Of a DNA stretch of 64,000 nucleotides, positions 1 to 13,010 are shown piece by piece. Each line of letters begins with the position of its first letter. The first letter of the stretch is position 1. Made by a program: the position numbers and the translations under genes. The stretch lies in the NCBI GenBank assembly GCA_016748015.1, contig JAAOMT010000627.1:62001-126000 (forward strand), written 5' to 3'. The stretch is from Geosiphon pyriformis uo1. Taxonomy: Eukaryota; Fungi; Glomeromycota. The notes under the pieces were generated by a model. It did not search any database. It was not told where the DNA came from and saw only the letters and a program-made list of their open reading frames with translations.

Positions 1-928
1 GCGAACAACTGCACACAATCTTGGCAATCTTTTGGAGAAGGCTGGTGGAAAAACTTGCATCATCAATCATTCATTGGAAACTGGCAATAGATTTTATTGT
101 GCTGTGGTCTGTTTTGAATCTGATGAAGCTATGGAATCAGCTTTTTGCACGGAGCCAATTTTTGGTGGTGTGAAACTCTCATGGGCTAAGTTGGATTTAG
201 TTCACTGTAAATGGTGTGGGAAGTTTGGTCATTCTGTTTTGGAATGTAATGTTGGGGTTGTGTCAGCTTCTCAGTCGTTCAAGTCATTTAAAAAGCCTGC
301 TAACTTGAATACTCATCTACAGTTGGCCAAATTATATGCTAAAAAAAAGGTTCCAATCTCTTATCCTGTTGCTTTTGGAGGCAAATCCTGGGCCTAAGTG
401 GTCTCAGTTGCTTCAGCCTCTTATGGTTCTCATGATGGCTCTGGTTCTGGTTCTCTGCCCTTTGGTGCTTCAGGTTCTGGTGGTACCCCTCCCCCTCTTT
501 CTATGGTCAATTCCCCCTTGGGTACATGTTTGGCACGTCTGGAACGCTCTGTAGAGCTCTTATCTAATCGAATTTCAAACATTCTTCTTTGTCTTAACAA
601 TCTCAGTTTGGTGCTTTTGGCTCCTCATTTTAGTGTGATTCCTTCTGTGGGTACTTTTTACTCATCTGTCTCTGATTCTCTTATGGTTGCTGATTCTGAC
701 TTGAGTTCCAACATGGTGTTAGATGTTCCTTTAATTCAGCCTATTTTTCTCTCTTCTGGCAATGACAATTTTCAATTGGGTCTGAGCAGTTCCAAGGTGC
801 TAACTTTTAAAGTTGGCATTTTAGAGTCGAAATTGGTTGCCCTCGATGCTTCTATTGGCTCAATTTTGGCGAAGTTAGAGCAGATGTGTGCTGGTTCAGG
901 TCCTCTGGTTCTTTCCTCATCTCAATAA
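1..928 (+). pseudogene. LINE A ORF1 (gag-like, type I), partial
   Basis: CX2CX4HX4C knuckle CKWCGKFGHSVLEC at 206-247; one in-frame stop at 395-397 (CAA->TAA); ends SSQ* at 928. Confidence 0.9.
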
Positions 929-3900
929 CCAGTTATATTTGGAAAATTGCCATGTGCAATGTTAGGGGAATAAACAATCCTGCAAAGCAGGATGATATAG
1001 TTTGTTGGCACAAGGACATGGGCAATTTGGTTTCTATTTTTACTGAGACAAAGTTGAAGGATAAGGTTTGTCCCTAGATTATCAACAAGTTTGATGGTGT
1101 TCAGGTGTTTATCTCTGGTTTGGATTCTGGATATCTGGGTGCTGGTGTAGTGGTTGTCATGGACTCTTCTTTGACAAGGCATGTGTGCAAGGTTTCTGAA
1201 GTGCCTGGCCAGCTTCTGTCTGTTAAATTACTTTTCAAGAATAAGCTCTCAGTGTCAATTCTGGGGCTTTACGCTGGTGCTTCTTCGGTGGTATGGTTTT
1301 CTCAGGCTGATGAGATCAACTCTCTTATTGTGAGGGCTGTTAACGAATCTTTATTTGTCATTCTCGGGGGTGATTTTAATGAAGACGGTTCTCATAAGAG
1401 TGTGAGTTTCAAAAAATGCTTTGATTTGGGTTTGGTCAATGCGATAGCGAATCGTGGGGTTTTAAATGTCAGTAAGCATTTTGACATGGACCATCAAGCT
1501 GTTTCAGTGTCTTTGAGTTTGGGTGGACTTTTGGATATGTGCTTGAATTCTCTTTACACACAAATGAATAGAGATCATTGGAAGTTTGACATCAAGAGTG
1601 CCAATGAAGCTAGGTGGTTGGAGTTCAAAGATGCTTTGGCTGTTAATGCCTTTATGTTCTCGGATGCTTTTGGTGTGGCAGTGAGATTTTCAGATATGAA
1701 CGCTATGTGGAACATTGTTCGCAAGGTCATGGTTTTTTCAGTGGGTAGTACATTTAAGAAAAAATGGTTTAGAGGTTTTGATGGTGTGTTTACCAAGACT
1801 TCCTCTAGGTTTCACAAGCTGGAGCTGCTGGTTTCTAAGTTGGTTAAGGCTTCGCGTTTGGATTCTAGTGATGGTTTTGCTTCTTTGTTGGAGGTATGAC
1901 ACAGACTTGACTCCTTTAATGCATCGGTAGTTAAGTTTCTGTTTCTTTCAGGTTCTAATTTTGATCTTATTTGTTCTGCACTGGCCAAAGCAAGAAAATT
2001 GTACTGCTCTTCCAAATTATTGGAATCCAAGCACACTGAGGAGTTCTCAATCAAGCAGGCTATTGATAAGAGAATGAGAAGTTTTAAGCTGAACAAGAGT
2101 CACACCATTAGGAGCGTTTTGGAGCATCCTTTTTGCAAGGTGGTCCTGGATCATCTGGTTGTAGAAGATGAGTTGGTTTTAGAGCCTAATTTGGTTAAAT
2201 TTAAGGTAAACAAAATTATGGAGGGATGGACCAGAAAGCGTAAGGTGGTATCTGACATCTCTGAGGATTGGGCCCACAAATATTGGCCTTTGAATTACGT
2301 GTTTGATGGTGCTTTCTCTGATGTCATATGTTTGATTAGTTTAGATGAATTGTTGACTGTTGTCACGGATCTTCCTGATGGAAAGACAGCTGGTCTTTCT
2401 GGTATCTCCAACAAATTGTGGAGACATTGTGACAAATCGGTTTTAGATATGCTTTTGGTGCTTTTGAATTCCTGTTTGGTTGGTGAATCAGTTTCTGGGC
2501 CATGGAGAGAAGCTTGGATTTCAATGATTCCTAAACCATATGAATGGGAGGGAGTTCTTACAAACACTTATCCTATAGCTTTAATTGAAATGGCCTGCAA
2601 AATTTTTTCCAAGATCCTTTCAGATAGAATTTCATTGGTTTGCAGCACTTTTGAGATTCTTCATGGAGATAATTTTTCTGTTTTGAAAGGTATGACAACA
2701 CAATCTCCCATTTTTGCTATCAGTTCTGTGGTTGAAGATGCCTTGGAGAAGAACTGTGAACTTTGGCTGATTTTACAAGACATGCACAAAGCTTATGACT
2801 CAGTTGGTTAAGAACATCTTAGAAGGAGTCTGGTTAAGATCAAGATGTGTAACAGGTTTATTAGATTTTTTGGCAGTATTCACAATAGTTGTGTCAACAG
2901 AGTGATGACTGACTTTGGCTTGACTAATGGGTATTGTGTCCACAATGGGCTGGATCAGGAAGAAGTTTTTTCGCCCCTTCTCTGGTGTATTTTTTATAAT
3001 TCACTTTTGTGCAAGGTCAAGAGACAGGAGAGTGTGTGTGGTTACAGATTGAATTCTCATTTTATTTCCAAAACTGGCTGAGTAGATCCTCAAGCTGGAC
3101 TGACTTCTTTTCTCGCTGCTGGTGCTTTCGTTAATGATATTATTTGGGTTGGTAGCAGCCAGGCTACTACTTAACACATCTTTAATGTGGCTAGTGAATT
3201 TTTCAGGTTCAATGACATTTCTATAAATAATGACAAGACAGTTGTCATCCCTATCAACTGCCGGGTAATGGACCTATGTTTAACTATTAGTGGCTCGCCC
3301 ATTTTCATTACCAAAAAGAGGAAATCTCATCACTATCTGGGTATCTTTTTGTCTTCTGAGAGTTTTTCGAAGTCTAGCTTGGCTAAAGCTCAGGTGGATG
3401 TGCGATTTTTTGTGAACCTTGTTTTAAGAAAGGCAGTTTCGGACAAACAGTGTGCATATTTGTTGTCTACAGTTCTTTTTCCTATCATCAGCTACAGGAC
3501 TCAGTTCAGTTTCGTTTCTATTGGTGTTTGTAATAAATGAAATGCTCTGGTATGTAAGATCTTGAAGTCTAAGTCTGGGTTGCCATGTGATTTCTCCAGT
3601 AATGTGCTTCATCATTCTTCTTTGTACAATTTAAAGATCTTTGAACAAATCCAGGTTAAGAGTAAATTGGCCTCCATTGTTGTTTTTGTGAATTCTACTG
3701 GTGTCTTGGGTCGTTTGTTTTCTCATAGGTCTCATGACCTCCAGGTTCTTAGCTGGTGTTCTTGTCATCCTTTACTGTTTCCGGCTCGTGTTGGTATCAG
3801 TCCCTTAAATAATTTTTTGGCGGGTGTGGTTCATATTTTTTCTGGATATGATTTGTCTTTGGGTGGCTCTCTAACTTGTGTTTTTCACCATCAGAGTGGT

Positions 3901-5511
3901 ACTCCTATATCTCTGGTTTTTGGTGAACACTATTTTTTCAAGTGTGTCTCTTCACTCAGGCATTATGGGATTGCTTTTGTGGAACAACTTTGTGACTGTA
4001 GTGAGGATGTTTTCAGTTGGTGAACTTTCAAGCATTGGAAGAGGCTGGACCCTTGTGGTCCAGTCCCTTTGTGGTTTGATCTCTCCATTCAATTTCTTGG
4101 TAGTGTTATTCCTCCTTCTATTTGTTCCTCTTTTGTAGAGGATCATGCTGATTCTGATGTTCATTTGTCTCATGGTTTTGGTGTGGTTTGTGACATTCTG
4201 CTGACTGTCGATACCGCTCATCTGTCTGTGTATACAGATGGGTCTCTAAGTGGTTTGAGCACTGTTGATGTGAAAGCAGGTGCTGCCACTTTCTTTGAGA
4301 ACATTAACTCGAATTTAGATGTTGAAGTGTCTGGTTTGGTTTCTTCTACTCTGATGGAATTGCAGGCAATTGCTTTGGCTCTTGAGTGTGTTCCCTCTTT
4401 TTGATCGGTTGACTTGTTTTCAAACAGCCAAGCTGCTGTAGATGCATGCAAGTCAGAGTCTTTATTGGTTTATCCGGATTTTAGGAACCGTTGTTGGATT
4501 GAGTGTTATCACATAGCTAATGTTATTCATCACAAGAATTTGGAAGTGAATTGGATTAAAGTTAGGGGTCATTCAAACATCTCAGGCAATGAACATGCTG
4601 ATGCACTTGTTAAGGAGGCCACTTCTTCTACTTGGCGCCTGCCTCATTTGGTCGGCAAACATTTTCTGAAGGTGGGTGGTACTGTGGTTTCTGGTAATTC
4701 TAGACACTTTGTTTGTGATGTCTTCTGTTTGGTTCATCGCGCTCACTGAGAGGTTGGGTCTGGCTCTTGAGTTGTGGCATATGGTTTGCATGCTGATATT
4801 AATTGGTCTAAGTTTTCCCTGGTGTGGCACCCCAATTCTCACTTGGCTGCTGGTTTCACTAGTGCACGTATGGCTGGCTTTCAGACTTACTTTATGAAGG
4901 CCTTTCATTGTCGGCTCCCAGTTGCTGTGCATAAGTGTTTGTATAATAAGGGGTACCCCAGTGTAGTGTGTTTGTATTGTGGTGATGTTGAAATCTTGAA
5001 TCATGTCTTTTCTTGTTCTCATGACGCCACTGGTCATGCCCAATTGTTGGACGTTTATGCTTCGGCTTGGGCGGCTCTTTCTGGTCTGTCTCAGTTTTCT
5101 TCGTGTGTCTCGCAGCTGTTAAATTCCTATGTTTCTAAGATTGGGGTTGGTGCTGCTCTGTATAAGGGCCTTGTTTTCAACAATTGGTATTGTGAATCTG
5201 TCTCGGTTTTCAAGGATTCTGAGGTTGGGGCTAGTAAAATTGTGGATTTTGTACATGAATTCTGTCTTGCATTTCAGGATAACATTTAGTTGGTCTGCAC
5301 CAGGCACCGGGCATTTATGGAAAAGCATGGTTTGATTCCATGTGACGGCTCCGCTTCCACTTTGGTTTCTGGTTTGTCTATGGTTTTTTCAGCTGGTGTA
5401 GTTAAATTGCTAGGTGTGGCTGAGGCTTTTGGAGTTGGTTTCGGGTTTTGTAAGTTTTGTCTGTTTTTTTCAGGTATTGGGGATTTGGTTTCTGTGCATA
5501 TAGATATATAG
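925..5511 (+). pseudogene. LINE A ORF2 (APE-RT-RNase H-Zn finger, type alpha)
   Basis: WKIAxCNVRG start; GGDFN APE motif; RT motifs LQDMHKAYDSV and FVND (ex-FVDD, 3127-3138); RNase H YTDGS (4231-4245) and GHSNISGNEHAD; CLYC..HVFSC. The frame is broken only by stops at Trp/Gln/Arg positions. Confidence 0.93.
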
Positions 5512-5647
5512 TGTAGTCCTGACTGGCCCGAATGGCTGGTCACGTGTAGAAAGTGCATGATTCACTTCTAGTTTAGATCATTTGTATAATATAAAACATT
5601 AGGTCACGTTTGAACCTCACTCATTAAAAAAAAAAAAAAAAATTGTG

Positions 5648-8600
5648 TAAAAACTTTTTTCTTTTCTACATCCAAAATTTCTCAAAAAGTATTTTTTGAA
5701 TAAAAAAGTTTTTTAATTTTAGTTTTTTTTGTTGTATTTTTTCAATATTTTACAAGCTAATAACTTTTTTATTATGGATTTAAAAGCTGTTTCAGATAGT
5801 AACATAGTTAAAAAAAAGTGTCTAAAGAAGTTTTTTATAGTCTTGTTAGTGATTTTTTCTTTTAAAAAAAAAAGTCACATTTGATAATATTAAACATTTT
5901 GGTAATAAGAAAAATGTTTTATTGGTAAAGTTTAGTTTTAGAAATAGTGTTTATTTTAATATGAATAATAAGTTTAGTAAGGGTAAAAATAGTAAAATTA
6001 TGGCTGATATTTATAATAAGTTTCTTCTGAGTTTAATTGTTATTATTCTTAAGACAAAAAAAATAAATATTAATATAGTCTGTAACTTTTTTTTTAGTTT
6101 TTTTAATTTAAATATAGATAAAAAAGTTGGACTTCTTTTATTTTCTCTTAATATTTTCTTGAATAAAAGATAAGTTAACTTTAAAATAATAAAAATCCAA
6201 GTAAAAGTGTTTGTTAAAGTAAACAATAATGTTAAAAAACAAAAAATTTGATCAGATTAGACTGTAATTATTAAAAAAATTCTTATAAATACACTAAAAA
6301 AAATAATCACTGCTGTAGTAACTAAATATAATTAAATTGTATTAATTAAATTATAACTTATTAAACTGTAACAGAAGACTATAATAGAATTTGCCAAATT
6401 AAAACAGGCCAATTTTTTGGTATTTAAGTGATCATTTTTAATTAAAAAAGATTCAGTGCATATAACAAAAACTGTGAGAGATTGTGATGTTTGAATATTA
6501 AAAGATTGGTTTAGTGCACTTCTGTTTACTCTATTTGTGAAAACAACTGCTCATAATTTTGGTAATCTATTAGAAAAAACTAATGAAAAAACTTGTATTA
6601 TAAAACTGGCAATAGAATTTATTGTGCAGTAATTAAATTTGAATCAAAAAAAAAATTAAAGTCAGCTTTTTGCATAAAATCTATTTTAAATAACATTAAG
6701 CTTTCTTGGACTAAAATAAATTTGATTTTTTATAAAAAATATAAGTATTTTAATTATTTATTTCTTGAATGTAAATTTTCAAGCCCATTTGTCTTTATTT
6801 TAAAAAAAGTTTATAAAAAAAATATGTTAAATAAGAATCATTTTTAGCTGGTCCATTTTTACATAAAAAAAATGTTTCTATTGTCTGATTTGCTGCTTTT
6901 AGTAATAAGTTTTAAATGTAAATAGTATTATTAGTAGTTTTGTTTACCACTTTTTTTAATGTTATTTATTTTGGTTTTGGTTCTGGGTTACTTTTTTTTG
7001 GTCTTTTGTGTGTTAATAAAGCTTTTTTTATTATTTTGGATAATATATCTATTAATACTTGTTTGGTTTTGTTGAAATATTTCTTAAAACTTTTGGTTAA
7101 TCAAGTATCTAGTATTGTGTATAAGCTGAGCAATATAAATTAGTGTCTTTAGTATCTATTTTTTAATTTTTATTCTAGCTGTTTCAGTGTTCTTAAACTT
7201 AGGATTGGATTTGAACATGGTTTTAGATAACTCTCTAATGTTGTTTTTTCTTTTATCTTTAATTGTAAAAAACAAGTTTTTTGATTTAAGATTGAATAAT
7301 TCAAGAATTTTAACCACCAAGATTGGTGGCTTGAAATCAAAAATAATTGCTCTTAAAATTTTTATTGGTTTAGTTTTAAAGAAGTTAGATTAATTGTATG
7401 TTAGTTTAGATTTTTTGGCACATTTTTTATCTTAATGAGTAATTTTGTTTGAAAAATAGCTACATGTAATATTAAAGATATGAATAATATAACTAAACAG
7501 AAAGATATAATTAGGTGACACAATAAATTTGACAATTGGGTTTTTATTATTATTAAAACTAAGCTAAAAAAACAGGCTAAATCTTGGATAAAAAATAAGT
7601 TTCAAAATGTAAAAGTTTTTGTTTTTGGTTTAAACACTGATTACATAGATGCTAAGATAATAATAATAATAATAATAAACAATATTTTAATTTGACATAT
7701 ATGTAAAATTTCTAAGATCTTTGATTATTTTATTTTAATTTATTTATTGTTTAACAACAAAATTTTAGTGATAATTTTGGGGTTTGTATACAAATACTTT
7801 AGCTAATATGCAATTTGATTAAGCTTATAAGATAAATTTAATTATTGCTAAGATAATTAATTCAAGTTTTTATGTTGTATTAGATGATAATTTTAATAAA
7901 AATAGTATGGAATATAATGTAAGCTTCAAGAAATATTTTGATTTGGGTTTGCATAATTCTTTAATAGGTGATTTAATTACTAAGATTCTGACATAGAGTA
8001 ATTTAAAAAGTGCAAAAAAAAACTATTAACTATATTTTGGTTAATAAATATTTTTTAATAACAATAATTAAATATAAAATTTGTAATGTTTCTGATTTTT
8101 TAATACTGATTATTCAGCTGTTGTAGTTTTGATTGGCTTAAGTGGTCTTCTAAATAAACACTTAAATACAATCTATAAACAAGCTAATAAGAATTAATAG
8201 AAATTTGGCATTAAAAATACAAATAATTCAAAGTAAACTTACCAAAACAGATATCTAGTATGCTTAGCAAATTTCATATTGTAAAAGAACAAGGTAATTT
8301 AGATGTTATATAAAAGCTTTTAAGATTGATAATAATTAAGTTAACAGACAAAGTTTTTTACAAGATTTGATTTAAAGACTAGTGATTTTAAAAACAAGCA
8401 GTTTTCAAGATTTTACAAATTGGAAATTTTGGTTTTAAAAATTGTTAAGGTTTTTTTTTCAAAGAATACTATTAAGTCTGATTGTTAAAAAAAATTGATC
8501 AAAATTGAATACTGACAATTCTCTTAAGCTGTTATTTCTGGTCGAAAATAAAGCAAAAAGTAAAGAATTATTTTTTTTTTATTAAAAATTAAGAAAAAAT

Positions 8601-11600
8601 ATTGTATATTTAAATATCAAAAATTTGAAACTATAAAAACAGCTGTAATTAGGGATGCAATTAATAGAAAAATAGAAAACTTCTGTATAAAAAAAGATTA
8701 TATAATCAGAAATGTTCTAGAAAAACCTTTTTAAAAAATGGTTTTGAATTATTTGGTAGTTAGTAATAATTTGATTTTGGAATCTAAGATGATGAAAAAC
8801 AAAATAAATAAAATTATAAAAGACTGAATTAAAAGAAAACTAGTGCCCAAAGTAGTATCAAATCTTTGGTTTTGGCAATATATGTCTTTGAATTATGTTA
8901 AAAATGAAATGTTTTCTGAAATTATGAAACAAATTAGTTTAGATAAATTAATTTTAACTGTGAGAAATTTACCTAAAAGCAAGACTATTGGCTTATCTAA
9001 TATTTCAAACAAGTTGTAAAAGCACTGTAGTTCTAAAATTATGGTTTGTGTTTTGGTTCTGTTAAATTGTTGTTTAAATATTGACACAGTTTCTACTTTA
9101 TAGAAGAGAACTTGAGTTTTTATGATTTTAAAGTTCTATGATTAAGATAATATGCTAATCAACACTAAACTAATAACACTAATTAAGATAGCCAAAAAAA
9201 ATTATTAAAGATACTTTTAGACCAAATTTTCTTTATATGTAGCAAATTCAAGACTTTTTATAAGGATAATTTCTCAGTATTAAAGAGTATATTAATTCAG
9301 TTTCTAGTGTTTGTAATTGGTTTAGTTGTAGAAAATGCTTTGAAAAAAAATAAAAAACTGTGGTTAGTTCTATAAAACATGTATAAAACATATAATTTAG
9401 TTGACTAATATTATTTAAGAAACAGTTTAAGATATATTAAAATATATAAACAATTTATCAGTTTTTTTGGCAGTATATACTAGAACAGAATTAACAAGAT
9501 TATGTCTGACTTTAACTTATTAAATGGTTATTGTATACATAATAGATTGGATTAGAATAAAGTTTTTTTATCTTTCTTTTAAAGAATTTTTTATGATCCT
9601 CTTTTGTATGAAGTTAAAAGACATGAATATTTATGTGGTTACTGTATTAACACAAAATTTGTAGCCAAAACAAACAAATCAAAAAACACAAGAAAAAGAA
9701 CTTCTTTTTTTGCAACTGATGTTTTTGTTAATAACATGATTTGAGTAGAGAATGGCCAAATTTCAACACAATATATTTTAAATATTGCCAGTAAATTTTT
9801 TGATATTAATAATATGTTAATTAATAATAATAAAATAGTGGTTATTTTTATTGTTACAGGTAATTATTTGGAGTAATAAAACAAATAACAAATCTGTAAC
9901 TTGGTGCTCAATAGCTGGTAATTTTGGTAATTTCTGAAAATTTAAAAGTTTGAAGATTTTAATTAAGTCTTTTGTATAATAAACAAAAATTCAATTGATG
10001 GTTTTTTTCATGAATTTTTTTTTTAGCATAATGGCTGGTTTATTTTGGTAGTCATGTTTTTTTAATAAGCTATTCTTAAATTTCTACTTTTATTTCTAGA
10101 TCTTTTAATAGACTATTTTTGATGTCAAATACTCAGCACTTAATTTTTTTTAATCAATTAGTAAACAACAAAAAAACAAAATAAAATAAAATAAAAAAAA
10201 AGAAAATAAGAAAAAAAATAAGAAATTAGTATTTTGTTAATAGCCATAATTAAGAACTATTGATTTAGTATGATTAAGTATTAAATTCTATCAATATAAA
10301 GTATTAATAGTGTGGAAATAATTAATTTTTTTAATCAAGTGACAATAATATAAATTGAATAATAATTAGATATTTTTATTAATATTGATATAATTCTATT
10401 TCAAGTTATAGAAAATTATTTTTTGAAGAAAAAGTTATTATAATTCTAAACTCTATTGAATTTTAAATACTTTTTTGTTTTTAATACTCTTACTATATAT
10501 ACATAATTTGTGTTATATAAGATTTTTGAAAATTTTGTAATTCTTCAAAAGAATTCTGGAATTCTGAAATCTTGTAATTCCTTATTTTATTACACTTATT
10601 TCTGAATTGTTATTTTACTTATTATTATAATTTCTAATTTTTATGAGTAACACTATTAATTAGAAAGCTAAAAATACTTTTTTGACTATTAATAAAAGTT
10701 TTATATTGATTGTAAAAAAAGTGAATTGCACTATTATTTGGGGATTTATTTCTTTACTAATAGTCTATTTAAGCTTAGTTTGGCCAAAACTTATTTAGAT
10801 ATTAAGTTTTTTGCAAATATGGTGTTAAGGAAAACAATCTCAGATAAACAATTCTGTTACTTGGTTTCTGTTATCTTATAGCCAATCATATATTATTATA
10901 AGTAGTTTAATTTTATTTTAGTTAATGTTTGCTGTAAATAAGATTTTTTAATTAAGATAAATTTGAAAGTAAAAACTGGATTGCTCAGAAATTTCCTTAA
11001 TAAAGCTTTGTATTATCTAATTCTGTTCAATTTAAAGTTTTTTAAACAGTTACAAGCTGAAGATAAAGTGACTTTAACAGTCATGTTTGCTAATTCTGGA
11101 AGAATTTTTGGCAAACTTTTTAATCATTGATTTTTGAATTTACAGACTTTAAACTAAACTTTGGCTAATTTTCTGTAGTATTCTGTTAAATTAAGAGTCA
11201 GTTCTGTGAACAATTTTTTCACTAAAGTAGTGTAGATGTTTTTAAATAATAAAATCTCATTAATAAACAACTTGTTACAAGTTTTTGCAGTTCAAAAAAG
11301 TTTCTAATATTTAATATTTTGGATAAGAAGGCCTACTATAGAACAGTAATTTTTTTGAGACATTATAATATTGCTTTTGGTAACAGACTTTTGGATAAAC
11401 ATGGTACTTTGATAATCTGAAAAACTTTTTGCTGTTAGAAAAAACTAAATCTGAAAAGTTTTGTTCTATCTTAGTTTATTACTGTATCTGGTTTTTTGGG
11501 TGGCTTAAGATCTGTTATTGGGGATAAAATAGACAATTTAAATACAGTTTTTTATAATGTCTTAAATTCAAATAATTTTGGGTCAATTAGAAATTTTTTG

Positions 11601-13010
11601 TATGAAGTTTGGGCTAATGTTTTTAATGTTTATATTAATAACTTACTTAAAAAATTGGGTAAAACAAAAGTAGTTGGTGGTATGGCTGTCTACTTCTCAA
11701 ATATGAATGTAAGTATTGGTGTTAGAGTGTTTAGTATGTTTTTTACAATGACTAAATTACACACTATCATTTTGGCTTTAAAATATATGTCTTTTTTTTG
11801 TACTGTGATTTTGTATTTAAATAATTAGACAACTATTAATATATGTAAATTTGAACTCGGTTTATTTAGACCAAACTTTTGCAATTAATATTAAATAGAA
11901 AAACATTATGTTAACAATTTAATAAAAGACAAAACTTTGAATGTAATTTGGTCAAAGATTAAGAATTATTTAAATATGTTTGGTAATAATTATATTAATA
12001 AATTGATTAGAACTGTTACCTATTTTCTTATGTTTTTTTTATTAATATTTTGAAGTGCTACTTGGTAGTTAATAGTTTGGTAGTATCTGGCAATATATGT
12101 TACTTTATTTAAAACATTTATAAAGTAATTACTAATATTTGTTGAAAAGTAGATTTTGGTTCCAAAATTATTAATAAGTTTCTTATTTGTGATATTAATT
12201 GGGTTTAAACAGCTAAGATTTGGCACTTCAATTCATATATGCTTGCTAATATTATTAGCAGATTTACAGCCAATATTAGAACTTATATGATAAAGACAGT
12301 TTATAAGAAACTCTTTATTATTGTATATAAAAGACTGTATAACAAGTTTTATTTAGATTTTTTGTGCTTGTTTTGTAAAAAAAATGGAATTTTCAGATTA
12401 TTAATTTATGTGTTCAAAAAATATAGATCAATAAAAAAAATTAATTTAGGTTATGTTGAGTTTTGGTCATTTTTGGCTGGTAAGAAAATGTCTGTATTTT
12501 TTTTTGTATTTTAATATCTGTTTTTTTGCTTATTTAATATTGAATTGTATATAGTGCTTTGCAAAAAATTTATTCTCAAGTCTTGACTCAAAAATGTTTT
12601 GGTAATGTATAACAATAAAAAAAAAAGGCTATTTGTATACCAGTTAATTTTTTTTGCTATTTGGTTAATTTTTATTACTATAAAATATAGTGTGTTAAAA
12701 TTAAACATAGATTGAAGATAAAAAAAACTGGATTAGTAGGTAATATTGGTGTAATGTTTATGTTAACTAGTAGATTACATATAGATTTATTGGATGAAAT
12801 GATTTATATATTTGGTATTATTAAGTCTATAGCAATAAGCTTTAGTAAGCATTTGCTTTATGTTTTTTTTTTGGAATTAATAATAATCTAATAGTTTATA
12901 TAGATGCATAGTATTGTTTAGATTGGCTCAAATATTTGGTTACATGTAATAAGTATGTAAATTGTATTTAATTAAAATTACTTAGTTTAATTTTGTATAC
13001 TAAATAATAA
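5648..13010 (+). mobile_element. LINE copy B, near full length, heavily AT-converted (ORF1 type I ~5774-7438, ORF2 type beta 7435-12911); interrupted by a solo LTR and by a Gypsy element
   Basis: 5'UTR similar to copy E; ORF1 aligns to copy A (TTAHNFGNLLEK, KTGNRIYCAV); ORF2 starts MSNFVwKIATCN; RT and RNase H remnants; 3'UTR at 12912-13010 resumes at 22651. Confidence 0.9.
9852..10652 (-). mobile_element. Solo LTR, family 1 (same family as LTR 58339-59079)
   Basis: TGTTAC...GTAACA termini; 4-bp TSD TTAT/CTAT; removing it restores the LINE B RT frame (I-P-I-N); reverse complement matches 58339-59079. Confidence 0.93.

Larger units (their letters stand above)
1..5642 (+). mobile_element. LINE (non-LTR retrotransposon) copy A, 5' part outside the window, moderately mutated
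   Basis: ORF1 remnant, then ORF2 remnant (APE, RT, RNase H, CCHC), a 3'UTR shared with other copies, and an end in CTCATT + poly(A) at 5626-5642. Confidence 0.95.

Noticed and set aside
925-5511. Alternative genetic code (TGA=Trp, TAA=Gln) suggested by stops at conserved Trp/Gln positions
   Set aside because: Trp sites show both TGA and TAG and differ between copies; the host genes use standard stops. G->A/C->T mutation explains the pattern.
5512-5625. LINE 3'UTR as a hammerhead ribozyme or tRNA-derived sequence (CTGA..GAAA; TGGCCCGAATGG; GTTTGAACC)
   Set aside because: There is no CUGANGA core, and the B-box-like motif is not conserved in other copies. Kept only as a generic structured element.
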